Notes under the pieces: generated by a model
Told to the model about the DNA's origin: nothing
Seen by the model: the letters and a program-made list of their open reading frames with translations, nothing else
Database searches by the model: none
DNA from: a virus
Lineage: Duplodnaviria > Caudoviricetes
DNA: 64,000 bases
Virus record (IMG/VR): IMGVR_UViG_3300033463_000029
Span: 32,001-96,000 of that record
Reading direction: 5' to 3' (one strand)
Shown: positions 1-9,048 of the stretch, in pieces
How the letters are laid out: every line of letters begins with the position of its first letter
Numbering within the stretch: the stretch's first letter is position 1
Made by a program: the position numbers and the translations under genes

Positions 1-122
1 TAGCTTTCACACATCTCCAGAAGTTTTTTCTCATAATCAGGATCATTGTATGGAATCAAGTCACAGAAATGAGTTTTTGCATACTCTATGAGAAGTTCTC
101 TCTCATTTGTCGTATCCATCAT
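1..122 (-). CDS. Hypothetical protein, partial (runs off window)
   Basis: Open frame MMDTTNERELLIEYAKTHFCD, start overlaps stop of upstream gene (ATGA). Confidence 0.6.
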   Translation of the reverse strand, partial: MMDTTNERELLIEYAKTHFCDLIPYNDPDYEKKLLEMCES

Positions 123-292
123 TCGCCGTGCTTATGTTTGAAATAATCAATTGCGACGGAGCCAAGAAATATTCCAATAACCGTTTCTCCGTCTGGTTCT
201 TTTCCTGAAATCCACGCCAAAAGCGCTGTGAAAAGAATCGCCAACAGAAGGTAAATAAAGAACTCAAGATAAGGTTTAAATTTGTCAATCAT
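119..292 (-). CDS. Small two-TM membrane protein (57 aa), not in ORF track
   Basis: Manual translation MIDKFKPYLEFFIYLLLAILFTALLAWISGKEPDGETVIGIFLGSVAIDYFKHKHGE; first gene after promoter 316-347. Confidence 0.7.
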   Translation of the reverse strand: MIDKFKPYLEFFIYLLLAILFTALLAWISGKEPDGETVIGIFLGSVAIDYFKHKHGE

Positions 293-315
293 ATTCGTAT
301 ATTTTTAATCTGTTG

Positions 316-347
316 CAAATATACGAAATGTTTTTTATAAAAACAAA
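316..347 (-). promoter_or_regulatory. Bacteroidota-type host sigma promoter
   Basis: Minus strand TTTG-N20-TATATTTG. Confidence 0.8.
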
Positions 348-378
348 TGAATCCGAAAAAATCGGATTCATTTTTTTA
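345..378. terminator. Intrinsic terminator-like hairpin
   Basis: AAATGAATCCG / CGGATTCATTT inverted repeat at end of 368..856. Confidence 0.6.
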
Positions 379-856
379 TTGAATTTTCAAAAATGTCTTC
401 TAGTTTGGAACCGTACACCCCAGTGGCTTCGCTAAATCTGGATCTCCCGAACTCTTCGACAAGGTATTCTTCTCCAGAAACTGTTATCTTTTTGTTCGTG
501 TTAAGCCTCAACCACTCGGCAAGACCGTGCCCGACTTCGTGTCCAACCGTTATTCTTGCCTGAGCTTCTATGTTGAAATCATCAAGAGCGTTACGTTTGG
601 AGAGTTCATCGAATATTTTAATTTCGTTTACAGCTATTGAAAGTATTCCAGTTTTGGCAAGACTGAATCTTCGTCTTTCGTATGCACCAAGCCAATTCGC
701 CTTTCTGCCGGTAAACGGATAATCTTCATTCAACTGTATTTTTATACTTGGTGTTACAGTCGACACGAAATTTTGCAAATTCTCAATCTCGTCATAAACG
801 TATTCCATAAAAGATTTGTGGAATCTATCCCACCCGGATGTCTGTTCTGGTCTCAT
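368..856 (-). CDS. HExxH zincin-like metalloprotein
   Basis: TVGHEVGHGL motif with downstream EE. Confidence 0.6.
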   Translation of the reverse strand: MRPEQTSGWDRFHKSFMEYVYDEIENLQNFVSTVTPSIKIQLNEDYPFTGRKANWLGAYERRRFSLAKTGILSIAVNEIKIFDELSKRNALDDFNIEAQARITVGHEVGHGLAEWLRLNTNKKITVSGEEYLVEEFGRSRFSEATGVYGSKLEDIFENSIKK

Positions 857-860
857 AAAT

Positions 861-867
861 TATTTAT
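861..867 (-). promoter_or_regulatory. Putative phage late promoter ATAAATA
   Basis: ATAAATA-ATTT-ATG; motif recurs before structural genes. Confidence 0.55.
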
Positions 868-919
868 GCGATTTCATATAAATTGATACCATATCAATTT
901 GTTTATTCGAGAATTTCAA

Positions 920-1333
920 TTATTCTGTTTTACCAATATAGTCGTTCTCTAAAAGCCACACGACACACTTGTATAACACATCAATAAGAGGCTGACTAAC
1001 AGCAAACTCTGAAAATCCCTTATGATGATAATGTCCATTCCAATACCCGGATAGGTATTCAATATGATCAAAATCAGAATGTCTGATATAAAATTGCTTG
1101 CTATCGTTATCTACAATTGAACGCGGAAGCAGTTTGATTAAAGCGTCCACAGACCAGCACGGTATATAGAATTCCTTTGCCGTATATCCGCTCCAAGCGC
1201 AAGGATACGGACTGTTATTATAATGTGAGGTTTCGGAATCTATACCCCAACACATATCGGCTGTATTTGGATCCAGCCCAAGGTCAAACAACCTTTTTGA
1301 TTTTTCTAATGACGTGTAAAACATATTATTCAA
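920..1333 (-). CDS. Hypothetical phage protein
   Basis: ORF in tight operon; TSLEKSKRL...IPCWSVDALIKLLP pattern. Confidence 0.7.
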   Translation of the reverse strand: MNNMFYTSLEKSKRLFDLGLDPNTADMCWGIDSETSHYNNSPYPCAWSGYTAKEFYIPCWSVDALIKLLPRSIVDNDSKQFYIRHSDFDHIEYLSGYWNGHYHHKGFSEFAVSQPLIDVLYKCVVWLLENDYIGKTE

Positions 1334-2018
1334 GTTCTTTACATTCTTCTTCTGTATACATAGAGTGAAGCTTATTGAGCCACCAATTTGTTTTAACTTT
1401 TACGGACGGTCTCCTCTGTCCTTTTAGAAGTGTACTCCTTTTAAAAACAACACCTTCTTTCACATTCGGGAACACAGCATCAGGTTGAGTCCAGTCATTG
1501 CTTTGAATCTTCTCCACTATATCTGAGTTGAGCGGTCCGGAATAGATAAGTTCAGGAATTTCTATACCACTGTCTTTGAAAAGCCTGTAATACTCCTTCG
1601 GCTCCATATATCCCTTCTTTTTGAGGAACACATCAATCAGAGCCAGACGCATATCACCATTGGTATAATCCCAGAAATCATGTTTCCCGGCAAATGAATT
1701 TGGACCATACCATTCAAAGAAGAATGTTATTTCCTCTATGCCCTGGAATACGTCACCTTTTTTCCAGTTATCCTTTATTATTTTGATTAGTTTTTCATCT
1801 AGTTTATGTACTTTAAACCACTCTACAGCATAAGCAAGTTCACTTTCACTATGTTCATCTACCTGTACAGTTCTTGAACCAAATGATACAAAACAGTTGG
1901 CTTTTGGTTTGAAAGTGGCACAGAAGTTCTGACCATCCAGTTTATTGAATCCCCATACCATCTCCCCTTTCAGTGTCCCATCATCCTGAATTCTCGGTAT
2001 GCTATCGTAGTGTTTCAT
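1326..2018 (-). CDS. RNA ligase-like covalent nucleotidyltransferase (Rnl2-like adenylation domain only)
   Basis: KLDG motif I, FFFEWYG motif III, LIDV IIIa, EGVVFK IV, VKVK V. Confidence 0.75.
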   Translation of the reverse strand: MKHYDSIPRIQDDGTLKGEMVWGFNKLDGQNFCATFKPKANCFVSFGSRTVQVDEHSESELAYAVEWFKVHKLDEKLIKIIKDNWKKGDVFQGIEEITFFFEWYGPNSFAGKHDFWDYTNGDMRLALIDVFLKKKGYMEPKEYYRLFKDSGIEIPELIYSGPLNSDIVEKIQSNDWTQPDAVFPNVKEGVVFKRSTLLKGQRRPSVKVKTNWWLNKLHSMYTEEECKELE

Positions 2019-2025
2019 TTCCTTA

Positions 2026-2364
2026 TTATTCTCCTAATTTCTTTTTTATATCTTCAAAGTTTGCACACTTTTCAGCATATGTGTAGAGGTAGTAATCAAA
2101 CTCATCAATATCTGCTATCCATGTTCCAATTGTACAATGGAATCTGAACTTCTGACCACAAACTGGACATTCAAATACCCCCATCTTGCCAATATTAGTT
2201 TCTGTCCAACCTATAAGTTTAGGTTTTTCAAGAGTCTTCTCTGAACTATAAAATCCTTTATGGTCAAAAAATCCACTCTTGTCACACTCAGGACAGTTAA
2301 AATCCGCAGCATAAGGAATGTCCTCATACTGTGGAATCTTTGGAATTATATCAACTAATCTCAT
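2026..2364 (-). CDS. Zn-ribbon hypothetical protein
   Basis: CPEC and CPVC pairs. Confidence 0.7.
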   Translation of the reverse strand: MRLVDIIPKIPQYEDIPYAADFNCPECDKSGFFDHKGFYSSEKTLEKPKLIGWTETNIGKMGVFECPVCGQKFRFHCTIGTWIADIDEFDYYLYTYAEKCANFEDIKKKLGE

Positions 2365-2365
2365 A

Positions 2366-2671
2366 TTAACCTACATTTTCACTTAACCAATCATAATATT
2401 CATTAAGAAGGTCAGACAGCTGTTTCAGACAAGGATGGGTTTCAATTGAATCCATCATTTCATCATAGTCACCGCACGTGAACATACTGATGAACTCATC
2501 TGTGAAGAAATCCCACCCAAGTTCTGATGTTAGTTTTTTCAGCAGAGGTTCAAACTTTTCTACCCAATCTGCATAATGTTTCTTCTCATCAAATGGAGTC
2601 CATCTTGTAATCCAATCCCCGTCATAGAGGATTTCATCCATAAATCTCTTTGATAGTTCTTTAGTATTCAT
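2366..2671 (-). CDS. Hypothetical protein
   Basis: ORF abutting neighbours. Confidence 0.7.
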   Translation of the reverse strand: MNTKELSKRFMDEILYDGDWITRWTPFDEKKHYADWVEKFEPLLKKLTSELGWDFFTDEFISMFTCGDYDEMMDSIETHPCLKQLSDLLNEYYDWLSENVG

Positions 2672-2672
2672 A

Positions 2673-2855
2673 TTAACTTATAATCAAATCATTTTCGTCT
2701 TCAATAAAATCATTATGATAACCGCAATGAGGGCACTGCTCCTCATCGCTTTCAAATTGGCTGCTATAATCCGGATAATACTCTTCTATCTCATCTTGTG
2801 TCAATTCTGCTCCGCAGAATGCACATTTCTTTGTACCCTGAAAATATCTTTTCAT
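2673..2855 (-). CDS. Small Zn-ribbon protein
   Basis: CAFC and CPHC pairs. Confidence 0.65.
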   Translation of the reverse strand: MKRYFQGTKKCAFCGAELTQDEIEEYYPDYSSQFESDEEQCPHCGYHNDFIEDENDLIIS

Positions 2856-2857
2856 CT

Positions 2858-3055
2858 CTAAATGAAATAAAAATTCTTAACTCCGTTTCTGATGATATTC
2901 ACATCTACGTCTGAAAGTTCATTTTCCTTTGCCGCGATCCACCCCTCAATCCAGAACGTTGCAATCTGGATTGCCATCGTGTCCTTCTTTCCCCACGCCT
3001 TTACGCCGAACTCAATTGCGTCCTCAATGATTGGATAATCTTCAATACAACTCAT
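2858..3055 (-). CDS. Hypothetical protein (start reassigned to ATG 3055)
   Basis: Longer track ORF would span the promoter/hairpin cassette. Confidence 0.6.
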   Translation of the reverse strand: MSCIEDYPIIEDAIEFGVKAWGKKDTMAIQIATFWIEGWIAAKENELSDVDVNIIRNGVKNFYFI

Positions 3056-3072
3056 AATGTTATTATTGTTAC

Positions 3073-3134
3073 AAAATAAAAAATCCGTACACTGTGCAAA
3101 TGTACGGATAATTTTTTGAATTTCCAAATTTTAT
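3073..3134 (-). promoter_or_regulatory. Promoter/stem-loop cassette copy 1
   Basis: TTTG...TACATTTG promoter overlapping ATCCGTACA/TGTACGGAT hairpin plus T tract; 41 bp identical to 13966-14006. Confidence 0.85.
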
Positions 3135-3141
3135 ATGAATT

Positions 3142-3939
3142 TTAATCTGTCATAAATGTATACTCATCATCCACGTATGAAAGATCAAGCTCCGACAAAG
3201 CTTCGGATGCGCTCCAGTAATATTTTTCATTCTCTTGGCTTAACCACATCATGCCTCCTTTTACATCAACAGGAACAATGCCTAGAACAGCTAATACGTT
3301 TTTTACGGTTTCTGCATCAGGATGAGAAAAAGATTCCTTCAATAATTTTTTTCTTCTTCTGTCATGGTAACTTTCATTTGCATTAGAAACGCTTTTGAGG
3401 TTAGATTGAATATTACAATTAGGTACGTTTCGAACAATGATGTCAAACGCGTCAGTTATTGTTGTTAAAGGATAAGATGTGTAAAACCATAAAGTGCCTT
3501 CACCATCATTTCTATCATATAGAATTTCATAGTCATAACAATCTTCACGATCAGCAAAAACGTCATCAAACTCTAGTCCCAATTCTTTTGGAAAATCTAT
3601 AGATATTAAATAATCATAACCGGTATGATGATTTTGAAGTTGTAGAGTAATCAAATATGGATCATTTTGATTTAATAGATTATAAGTTGCGTCGATTACT
3701 GGACGCCCGTTGTCATCAACTTCAAATTCGATTTTTTTACCATCTGCAAAAGAATAAAACTTATTAAGACAGTCATTAAGAACCATTGCCGTGCCATCAA
3801 GTTTATTTCTATCGATGTCGTCTCGATTTGCTGGAACAGCCGATTCTTTTAAATGTGTTCTTCTTCTGTTATAATAACTTTCGTTAATATTAGAAACATT
3901 TTTTCGGCTAGATTTATTGTCGTAATTTACAAATTCCAT
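3142..3939 (-). CDS. Hypothetical late protein with duplicated NESY..RRR..LKES motif
   Basis: Internal repeat; ATAAATA at 3961-3967. Confidence 0.75.
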   Translation of the reverse strand: MEFVNYDNKSSRKNVSNINESYYNRRRTHLKESAVPANRDDIDRNKLDGTAMVLNDCLNKFYSFADGKKIEFEVDDNGRPVIDATYNLLNQNDPYLITLQLQNHHTGYDYLISIDFPKELGLEFDDVFADREDCYDYEILYDRNDGEGTLWFYTSYPLTTITDAFDIIVRNVPNCNIQSNLKSVSNANESYHDRRRKKLLKESFSHPDAETVKNVLAVLGIVPVDVKGGMMWLSQENEKYYWSASEALSELDLSYVDDEYTFMTD

Positions 3940-3960
3940 TTTAATTATGTTTACTTTTAT

Positions 3961-3967
3961 TATTTAT
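3961..3967 (-). promoter_or_regulatory. Putative late promoter ATAAATA
   Basis: Motif just downstream of a terminator hairpin. Confidence 0.55.
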
Positions 3968-3980
3968 TTTTCATTTAACA

Positions 3981-4013
3981 ATAAAGAACGCCCAAACGTA
4001 GAGCGTTCTTTAT
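3981..4013. terminator. Intrinsic terminator-like hairpin
   Basis: ATAAAGAACGC / GCGTTCTTTAT. Confidence 0.65.
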
Positions 4014-4037
4014 CAAATTTGTAAACATATGACTGCG

Positions 4038-4424
4038 CTATGGCGCAAGGATTATTTCGATGTTTTTCTTTGCTTCTTTGTACAAATACATATAGTCCGG
4101 TTTATCCAGCTTAATCTTTTCGAAAACCGACACGTCTTCCAAATCATAGGAATCGTTGTCATATAAAATATAATCTCCATCTATTCCTAAGAATATAGAA
4201 TAATCTTCTTCGATTATGTCAACCATTGACATATCATATCTGTTTTTTGACATCGTTGTGTCTGTGCTTAACAAAACAGATGATATGCATCTTCCAACGA
4301 ATTCCTTCGCTTCTTCGGTCTCACAGTTACACACTTCAAATCGAGATTTGAATTCATCGACTATTATATCAACAAGAGCTGATCTAATAGATTCTCGGCT
4401 TTCTTTTACTATGTATCCTTCCAT
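4038..4424 (-). CDS. Hypothetical protein
   Basis: ORF in operon. Confidence 0.7.
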   Translation of the reverse strand: MEGYIVKESRESIRSALVDIIVDEFKSRFEVCNCETEEAKEFVGRCISSVLLSTDTTMSKNRYDMSMVDIIEEDYSIFLGIDGDYILYDNDSYDLEDVSVFEKIKLDKPDYMYLYKEAKKNIEIILAP

Positions 4425-4584
4425 CTTTAATATATTCTGAGCTTTTTGTTTTTCTGTGCATTTCTCCAGCCATATAATGTATTATAGGAAGTTCCTTTCC
4501 AGATTTTTTGTCTAAAACTTTTACATATTTTTTGACAAAATATATCGGATCTTCAATGCATCTTTTCACCTCATCATTTTCCAT
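4384..4584 (-). CDS. Small protein resembling the N-terminus of T4-type large terminase
   Basis: EVKRCIEDPIYFVKKYVKV versus this phage's TerL EYTKCCEDPLYFITNYCKF. Confidence 0.6.
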   Translation of the reverse strand: MENDEVKRCIEDPIYFVKKYVKVLDKKSGKELPIIHYMAGEMHRKTKSSEYIKDGRIHSKRKPRIY

Positions 4585-4852
4585 TTGTAAGCTTTTTATT
4601 GTTTTCTTCTGTTACTGACTTTATCCAATCTTCCAGTTTTCCTTTAGTAAGTTTCCTTCTGATAAAATCTGGACAATATGAATTATCTTTTACGGTATGA
4701 AGTTCCTCTGCACCAAAAATTCCAATATTATGTGAATGACAGTAACATATTCCAAACCCATTGAATTTTTCAAGCTTCCCCTGAACCATACGATATCCGT
4801 ATGATTCTATCATTTTATACCACCAACAATTTTTGCAGTGTCCGTAATTCAT
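4574..4852 (-). CDS. Cys-rich hypothetical protein
   Basis: CKNC, CYC, YCPDF. Confidence 0.65.
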   Translation of the reverse strand: MNYGHCKNCWWYKMIESYGYRMVQGKLEKFNGFGICYCHSHNIGIFGAEELHTVKDNSYCPDFIRRKLTKGKLEDWIKSVTEENNKKLTNGK

Positions 4853-5442
4853 ACCTTATGTCTCAATTCTGGAAAAAGAAACATTATTGTTTCATCATCA
4901 TATGCTCCTGAACCAAGTGCTGCACGAGCCCTCTCAAGAGCTGGCTCGTTTACATTGTTCTCGGTGTCAAACACAAGGTTATCTTCAGATATCCATCCAA
5001 GTATGTAATCCTTCGGATTCAGAATTCTGTCAGAAACAAATTCGGCAATATTCTCATCGTCGTTGAAGCCAAGATTATAAAACTTTAAGTAGTTGAACCC
5101 CGACCACCGCGTATCTTCGATTACCTTTTTATATGCGTTGTCTAGAAACTTCTTCCGTTCGTCAGGAGACAATCTATGAAAGAACTTAGTGTGGGTGTGA
5201 ACAAGTTTTCCATCCGGCTCCTTTGTTATGTTTTCAACCGGATATAAATCTGGGTTGCCGACGCAAGAATGATATACTATGTTGCAGTTCTTTGTCGCAC
5301 ATACCCAATAGTAATCATCGGCATGATCAACAGCACCTAGAACAATCACCTCGCCTTGGTTGTGACCGTCGGCATATCTTCCGCACATTGTCTTGCAATC
5401 TTCCTTGATTGCAAACCAGTTTTTATCGTGTTCTTTTTCCAT
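4849..5442 (-). CDS. Hypothetical protein
   Basis: ATG lies 4 nt after promoter -7 box. Confidence 0.75.
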   Translation of the reverse strand: MEKEHDKNWFAIKEDCKTMCGRYADGHNQGEVIVLGAVDHADDYYWVCATKNCNIVYHSCVGNPDLYPVENITKEPDGKLVHTHTKFFHRLSPDERKKFLDNAYKKVIEDTRWSGFNYLKFYNLGFNDDENIAEFVSDRILNPKDYILGWISEDNLVFDTENNVNEPALERARAALGSGAYDDETIMFLFPELRHKV

Positions 5443-5446
5443 AGTG

Positions 5447-5477
5447 CAAATATACTAAAAAGAAATAAAAAAACAAA
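5447..5477 (-). promoter_or_regulatory. Bacteroidota-type promoter
   Basis: TTTG-N19-TATATTTG-CACT-ATG. Confidence 0.8.
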
Positions 5478-5622
5478 TTATTTGTTATTTAACAGACGAC
5501 TAATCCAATTCCTCACAACTTCTACTTCTTTAATAAGATGTTCTCTTGCTTCCTTATTTGTCTTGAACGGATCATATCCGGCGCCAACAATTTGACCCTT
5601 TGAGTTTGCAATGTAATAAAAT

Positions 5623-6288
5623 CTACCTCTCCCCATGAACAAACATCTTAACAAGTTTAAATTGTGTTTCATCAAAACGAATGTGGTCCTGAACGATATG
5701 TCCGAAATTAAATTCTCCGTCTAATTCTGTACCGCCACCATATTCGATATGACATATTATGTATTCGGGCTGCACATCATTCTTCAAGAAAAAATCAACA
5801 TCAAAATCTTTAACAATATCATCTGATTCATAATGAAACATATACTCCGGCGGAAGCTCTGGTTGAATCCTTTTTATCGCAAGTTCAGCAAGATTTTCGA
5901 ACCTTTCTTTTGAAAACATCTCGCTATGTAGATTAACCTTATCCCACTTTGTCATCCGAATCAAATCAAGCAATGTTATTTCAAACATAGACCATTTATT
6001 ATGATTGACATAATATTGAAACGCAACGACCCCGCTCTGTTCATCTTCGTTAAAGTTTACCCTAGCCCAAATGTTAGGATATTTCTTATATTGTATCACA
6101 CCAGAAAGACCGCGACCGAGGCTTTTGTACATATACGCATTGAATCCAGCATCTTCAAGCTTCTTTGGAAATTCCTCCTCAACAGAAGAAAAAAATTCAT
6201 CATTTCTTTCTTTTGCTTTCCTTTCCATCGCAGCCTTAATTTGTTCAGGAGACTCTGAATACAACAGGGAAAATATTGGTACAAACAT
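5623..6288 (-). CDS. Hypothetical protein
   Basis: 221 aa ORF in operon. Confidence 0.7.
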   Translation of the reverse strand: MFVPIFSLLYSESPEQIKAAMERKAKERNDEFFSSVEEEFPKKLEDAGFNAYMYKSLGRGLSGVIQYKKYPNIWARVNFNEDEQSGVVAFQYYVNHNKWSMFEITLLDLIRMTKWDKVNLHSEMFSKERFENLAELAIKRIQPELPPEYMFHYESDDIVKDFDVDFFLKNDVQPEYIICHIEYGGGTELDGEFNFGHIVQDHIRFDETQFKLVKMFVHGER

Positions 6289-6303
6289 ACGAATTCTTTT
6301 ATT

Positions 6304-6921
6304 TTATTCTTGAACTGCCATTGCAACATCGCCGCCCATCATATAACTAATCTTCTGCATCACAAGTTTATAATCTTCGACATAACCTTGATTTTCAAGA
6401 CAGTCTGCAAGTCCCTTACAGTATTGTATAAACGTCTTCTTTGTTTTGCTTGGTTTCTTCAGCAACGCATCCCATGCATAATCTATCACTCTAAGAACAG
6501 GAGTGAAATGTAAACATGTGCATTTGCTTTCATCATATACTATACTTAGTAACTGTTTAGAATAATAGGCAACACCTTCCGGTGTTATTTTTCCACCATT
6601 TCCGTCGCTGAATGAATCAACAATCTCTTTTAATTTTGCTTCAAATCTTGTAAACTCAGGCTCATCGGTAATTATAAACAGATCCATATAATCCTTAAGA
6701 CCACCAAGTGTTCCAAAAATGGAATAATTATATGCAATTTCTCCGCAATCAGAATCTTCATCCTTTGCGTCTTCGCTATAATCAACGAGAACTACTATAG
6801 GGAAATCACCACAAGCATCCCAGCAAACTATTCTTGCCGGTAATCCGCATCTTGTTTCAAGTTTATATTTTCCAGATATAAGCTGCTCTTTATAATTTAT
6901 GTTAAACGGTATTTTTTTCAT
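6304..6921 (-). CDS. Modular hypothetical protein, family A
   Basis: PFNINY...SGKYKLETRCG..ARIVCWD...FPIVVLV shared with 8220..8903 and 10272..10847. Confidence 0.75.
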   Translation of the reverse strand: MKKIPFNINYKEQLISGKYKLETRCGLPARIVCWDACGDFPIVVLVDYSEDAKDEDSDCGEIAYNYSIFGTLGGLKDYMDLFIITDEPEFTRFEAKLKEIVDSFSDGNGGKITPEGVAYYSKQLLSIVYDESKCTCLHFTPVLRVIDYAWDALLKKPSKTKKTFIQYCKGLADCLENQGYVEDYKLVMQKISYMMGGDVAMAVQE

Positions 6922-7181
6922 ATTAATTCCAATAAACATTTTGTTGAAAAATCAAATTCATCAGGATAATCGGAAAGATTTCCATATCCATCTATCGTAA
7001 CCTTTATGTCTGTCCCATCATTTTTGTGAACAATCAGATAATATCCCCACTTATGCTCAGTCTTTATCTGCACCCTGAAATCCAGCAATTCACAAAAAGT
7101 CTCGGCATTTCCAAGAAATTCTCCGTCTGAGTTAAATGCATCTGCACTAAACTCGCCGACATGTTTGTTAATTACAGCCAT
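6918..7181 (-). CDS. Hypothetical protein
   Basis: ORF in operon. Confidence 0.65.
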   Translation of the reverse strand: MAVINKHVGEFSADAFNSDGEFLGNAETFCELLDFRVQIKTEHKWGYYLIVHKNDGTDIKVTIDGYGNLSDYPDEFDFSTKCLLELI

Positions 7182-7184
7182 AGT

Positions 7185-7679
7185 TTATAACTCAATTTTC
7201 ATTTTTATCCCTATGAGTTTCAATGCATGCTGAAGTTCATGGACAAACCTAATGTTACAGATATGAAAATCATTTTGTCCTTCTCCATCTGGGGTCCTGC
7301 ACCAACCTGTCACGAGAGTGTCAATTCCGTATATAGGATGATCATAAACAGTAACTTGAACTATCGACTGTGGAATTGATTCTATATCGACAGCAATTGA
7401 GTATTTCTTATACAGTCCATCCTTTACTTCCTCAAGAGAAAACCCAATCTTTTTAAGAATATCGTCGTTTAATGGTATACCTTCGATAGCACGCTTTCGC
7501 ACACCAACGGTTAAAAGAGACTCCCCGGTTTTTGTTTTACCCAACACAGAAAATGTCCTTGGTTTCAAAGAACCTTCCGTCGGTTCTACCCCAGAAATCT
7601 GTCCAATGCCATCATAATGTTTTGAGGAGACTTTGACAAAATCCCTCAACATCACTTCATCTGGTTCAATCGTTTTCAT
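7185..7679 (-). CDS. Hypothetical phage protein
   Basis: IEGIPLNDDILKKIGF and IRFVHELQHAL motifs typical of Bacteroidota phage small proteins. Confidence 0.7.
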   Translation of the reverse strand: MKTIEPDEVMLRDFVKVSSKHYDGIGQISGVEPTEGSLKPRTFSVLGKTKTGESLLTVGVRKRAIEGIPLNDDILKKIGFSLEEVKDGLYKKYSIAVDIESIPQSIVQVTVYDHPIYGIDTLVTGWCRTPDGEGQNDFHICNIRFVHELQHALKLIGIKMKIEL

Positions 7680-8085
7680 CTTCTGATACTTCTAATTTCA
7701 TTTTTCCTTCAAGTAACAGACGGAATTTTGTGTGAACAGGAGACACAGATGCTATCATAGATTTTTGCTCGGCTGAAAGCTTATCCCAATCTCCACTCTT
7801 CAGCATATCTCTAACATAATCATCCATATCATAAAATCGGTTCTTTCCATAACCGTCATTCATCGCATATATTACATAATGATACGAATAATGCCAGCCG
7901 TAAAAATCGTTGTCATACCGTTTCCATTCTCCGCCGTTATAGAATTCATCAAGGCACTGCTGAGCTTCCTCTGGCGTATCAAACCAACCACGAGCCAGTT
8001 CAGGTTTACTTTCGCTGGAATCGATATCGTGTTTCTTCACTTCGAATATTCCGTAATATGTGTCGTATTTTCCTCTGGTCTTCAT
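7666..8085 (-). CDS. Hypothetical protein (start reassigned to ATG 8085)
   Basis: MKTRGKYD start overlaps stop of 8082..8195. Confidence 0.65.
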   Translation of the reverse strand: MKTRGKYDTYYGIFEVKKHDIDSSESKPELARGWFDTPEEAQQCLDEFYNGGEWKRYDNDFYGWHYSYHYVIYAMNDGYGKNRFYDMDDYVRDMLKSGDWDKLSAEQKSMIASVSPVHTKFRLLLEGKMKLEVSEDEND

Positions 8086-8195
8086 ACAAGCAACGCCATT
8101 AAACCAACGCAGACAATAACACCAACAAGAACACCGCACACAAACCCAAGTCCATATGAGGTATCAATGTCAAAATCATCAAACTCGTAAAGCAT
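8082..8195 (-). CDS. Small single-TM protein (37 aa), not in ORF track
   Basis: MLYEFDDFDIDTSYGLGFVCGVLVGVIVCVGLMALLV. Confidence 0.6.
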   Translation of the reverse strand: MLYEFDDFDIDTSYGLGFVCGVLVGVIVCVGLMALLV

Positions 8196-8219
8196 CTTTT
8201 ATTATTTTTTTATTCTACT

Positions 8220-8903
8220 TTATTCGTTTGGCAACCGTTCAAGTTCGTTTAACACGATATACGTGTCGTCCGGACTGATTGTCGAACTCATCCTATAGCT
8301 GCCTGAATAATTCTTAATCAAGTATGCGTTCTCTGCTCCACCAGCAAACCCGTTCACCATCTTTTTCCACTTTGGAACATCTTGCAAAACGCTTATCTTT
8401 CCAGCTTTAAACCCTTCTTTGTATCCAAATTCGCGGGCGCATTCAAACGGCTCGTATACAACTTTCTTCTTACTTTGTCTTTCTTCTTCAGAGAGCAGCT
8501 CAAACCCACGAGACAAGAGCTCCTTTTGTGCCAGAGGAAGGAGGAGATCTACCATATCCTTTATTGATTTCAAATCGTCGGAATAATCCGTTCCGTGACT
8601 CTTTAAAAGCTCATAAATGGCTGATTGAAACTCGGTTAACTCAGGCTCGTCGGTTACTACAACAAGATTATAAGCGTTATTGTACACAGCTGCTCCCTGA
8701 GGATCATATTCGCCGTCCTTATCATACCATAAACTTGTATCCCCATCTTCTTTATGAATAATAGCAAGAATTGGATACTTGCCGTGATTGTATTCAAATC
8801 CGATTATATCCACGTCGTCTCCACTTATGGTTACAACTTTATATCGTCCAGATTCTATATCCGGCTGATACTTAATATTGAAATCTCTTTTCATATCTAC
8901 CAA
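8220..8903 (-). CDS. Modular hypothetical protein, family A
   Basis: Family A N-terminal module plus C-terminal PKWKK..YLIK..LERLP module. Confidence 0.75.
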   Translation of the reverse strand: MVDMKRDFNIKYQPDIESGRYKVVTISGDDVDIIGFEYNHGKYPILAIIHKEDGDTSLWYDKDGEYDPQGAAVYNNAYNLVVVTDEPELTEFQSAIYELLKSHGTDYSDDLKSIKDMVDLLLPLAQKELLSRGFELLSEEERQSKKKVVYEPFECAREFGYKEGFKAGKISVLQDVPKWKKMVNGFAGGAENAYLIKNYSGSYRMSSTISPDDTYIVLNELERLPNE

Positions 8904-9048
8904 GCGATTTGTTTTCCTTCTGAATATATTTTGTCAGTTTCACCTCTCCTTAATTTTGTGTGAAAAATTTTCTTTAACTTCTTCTTCACCTTAAGCCAAC
9001 TCTTGTTTGTACTTTCGGTGAATTCTTTCGGATATTCTTTAAGTGAAA

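Noticed and set aside
103-288. 61-aa track ORF
   Set aside because: The overlapping frame 119..292 has an ATG, two TM helices and stop/start coupling, so it is the better call
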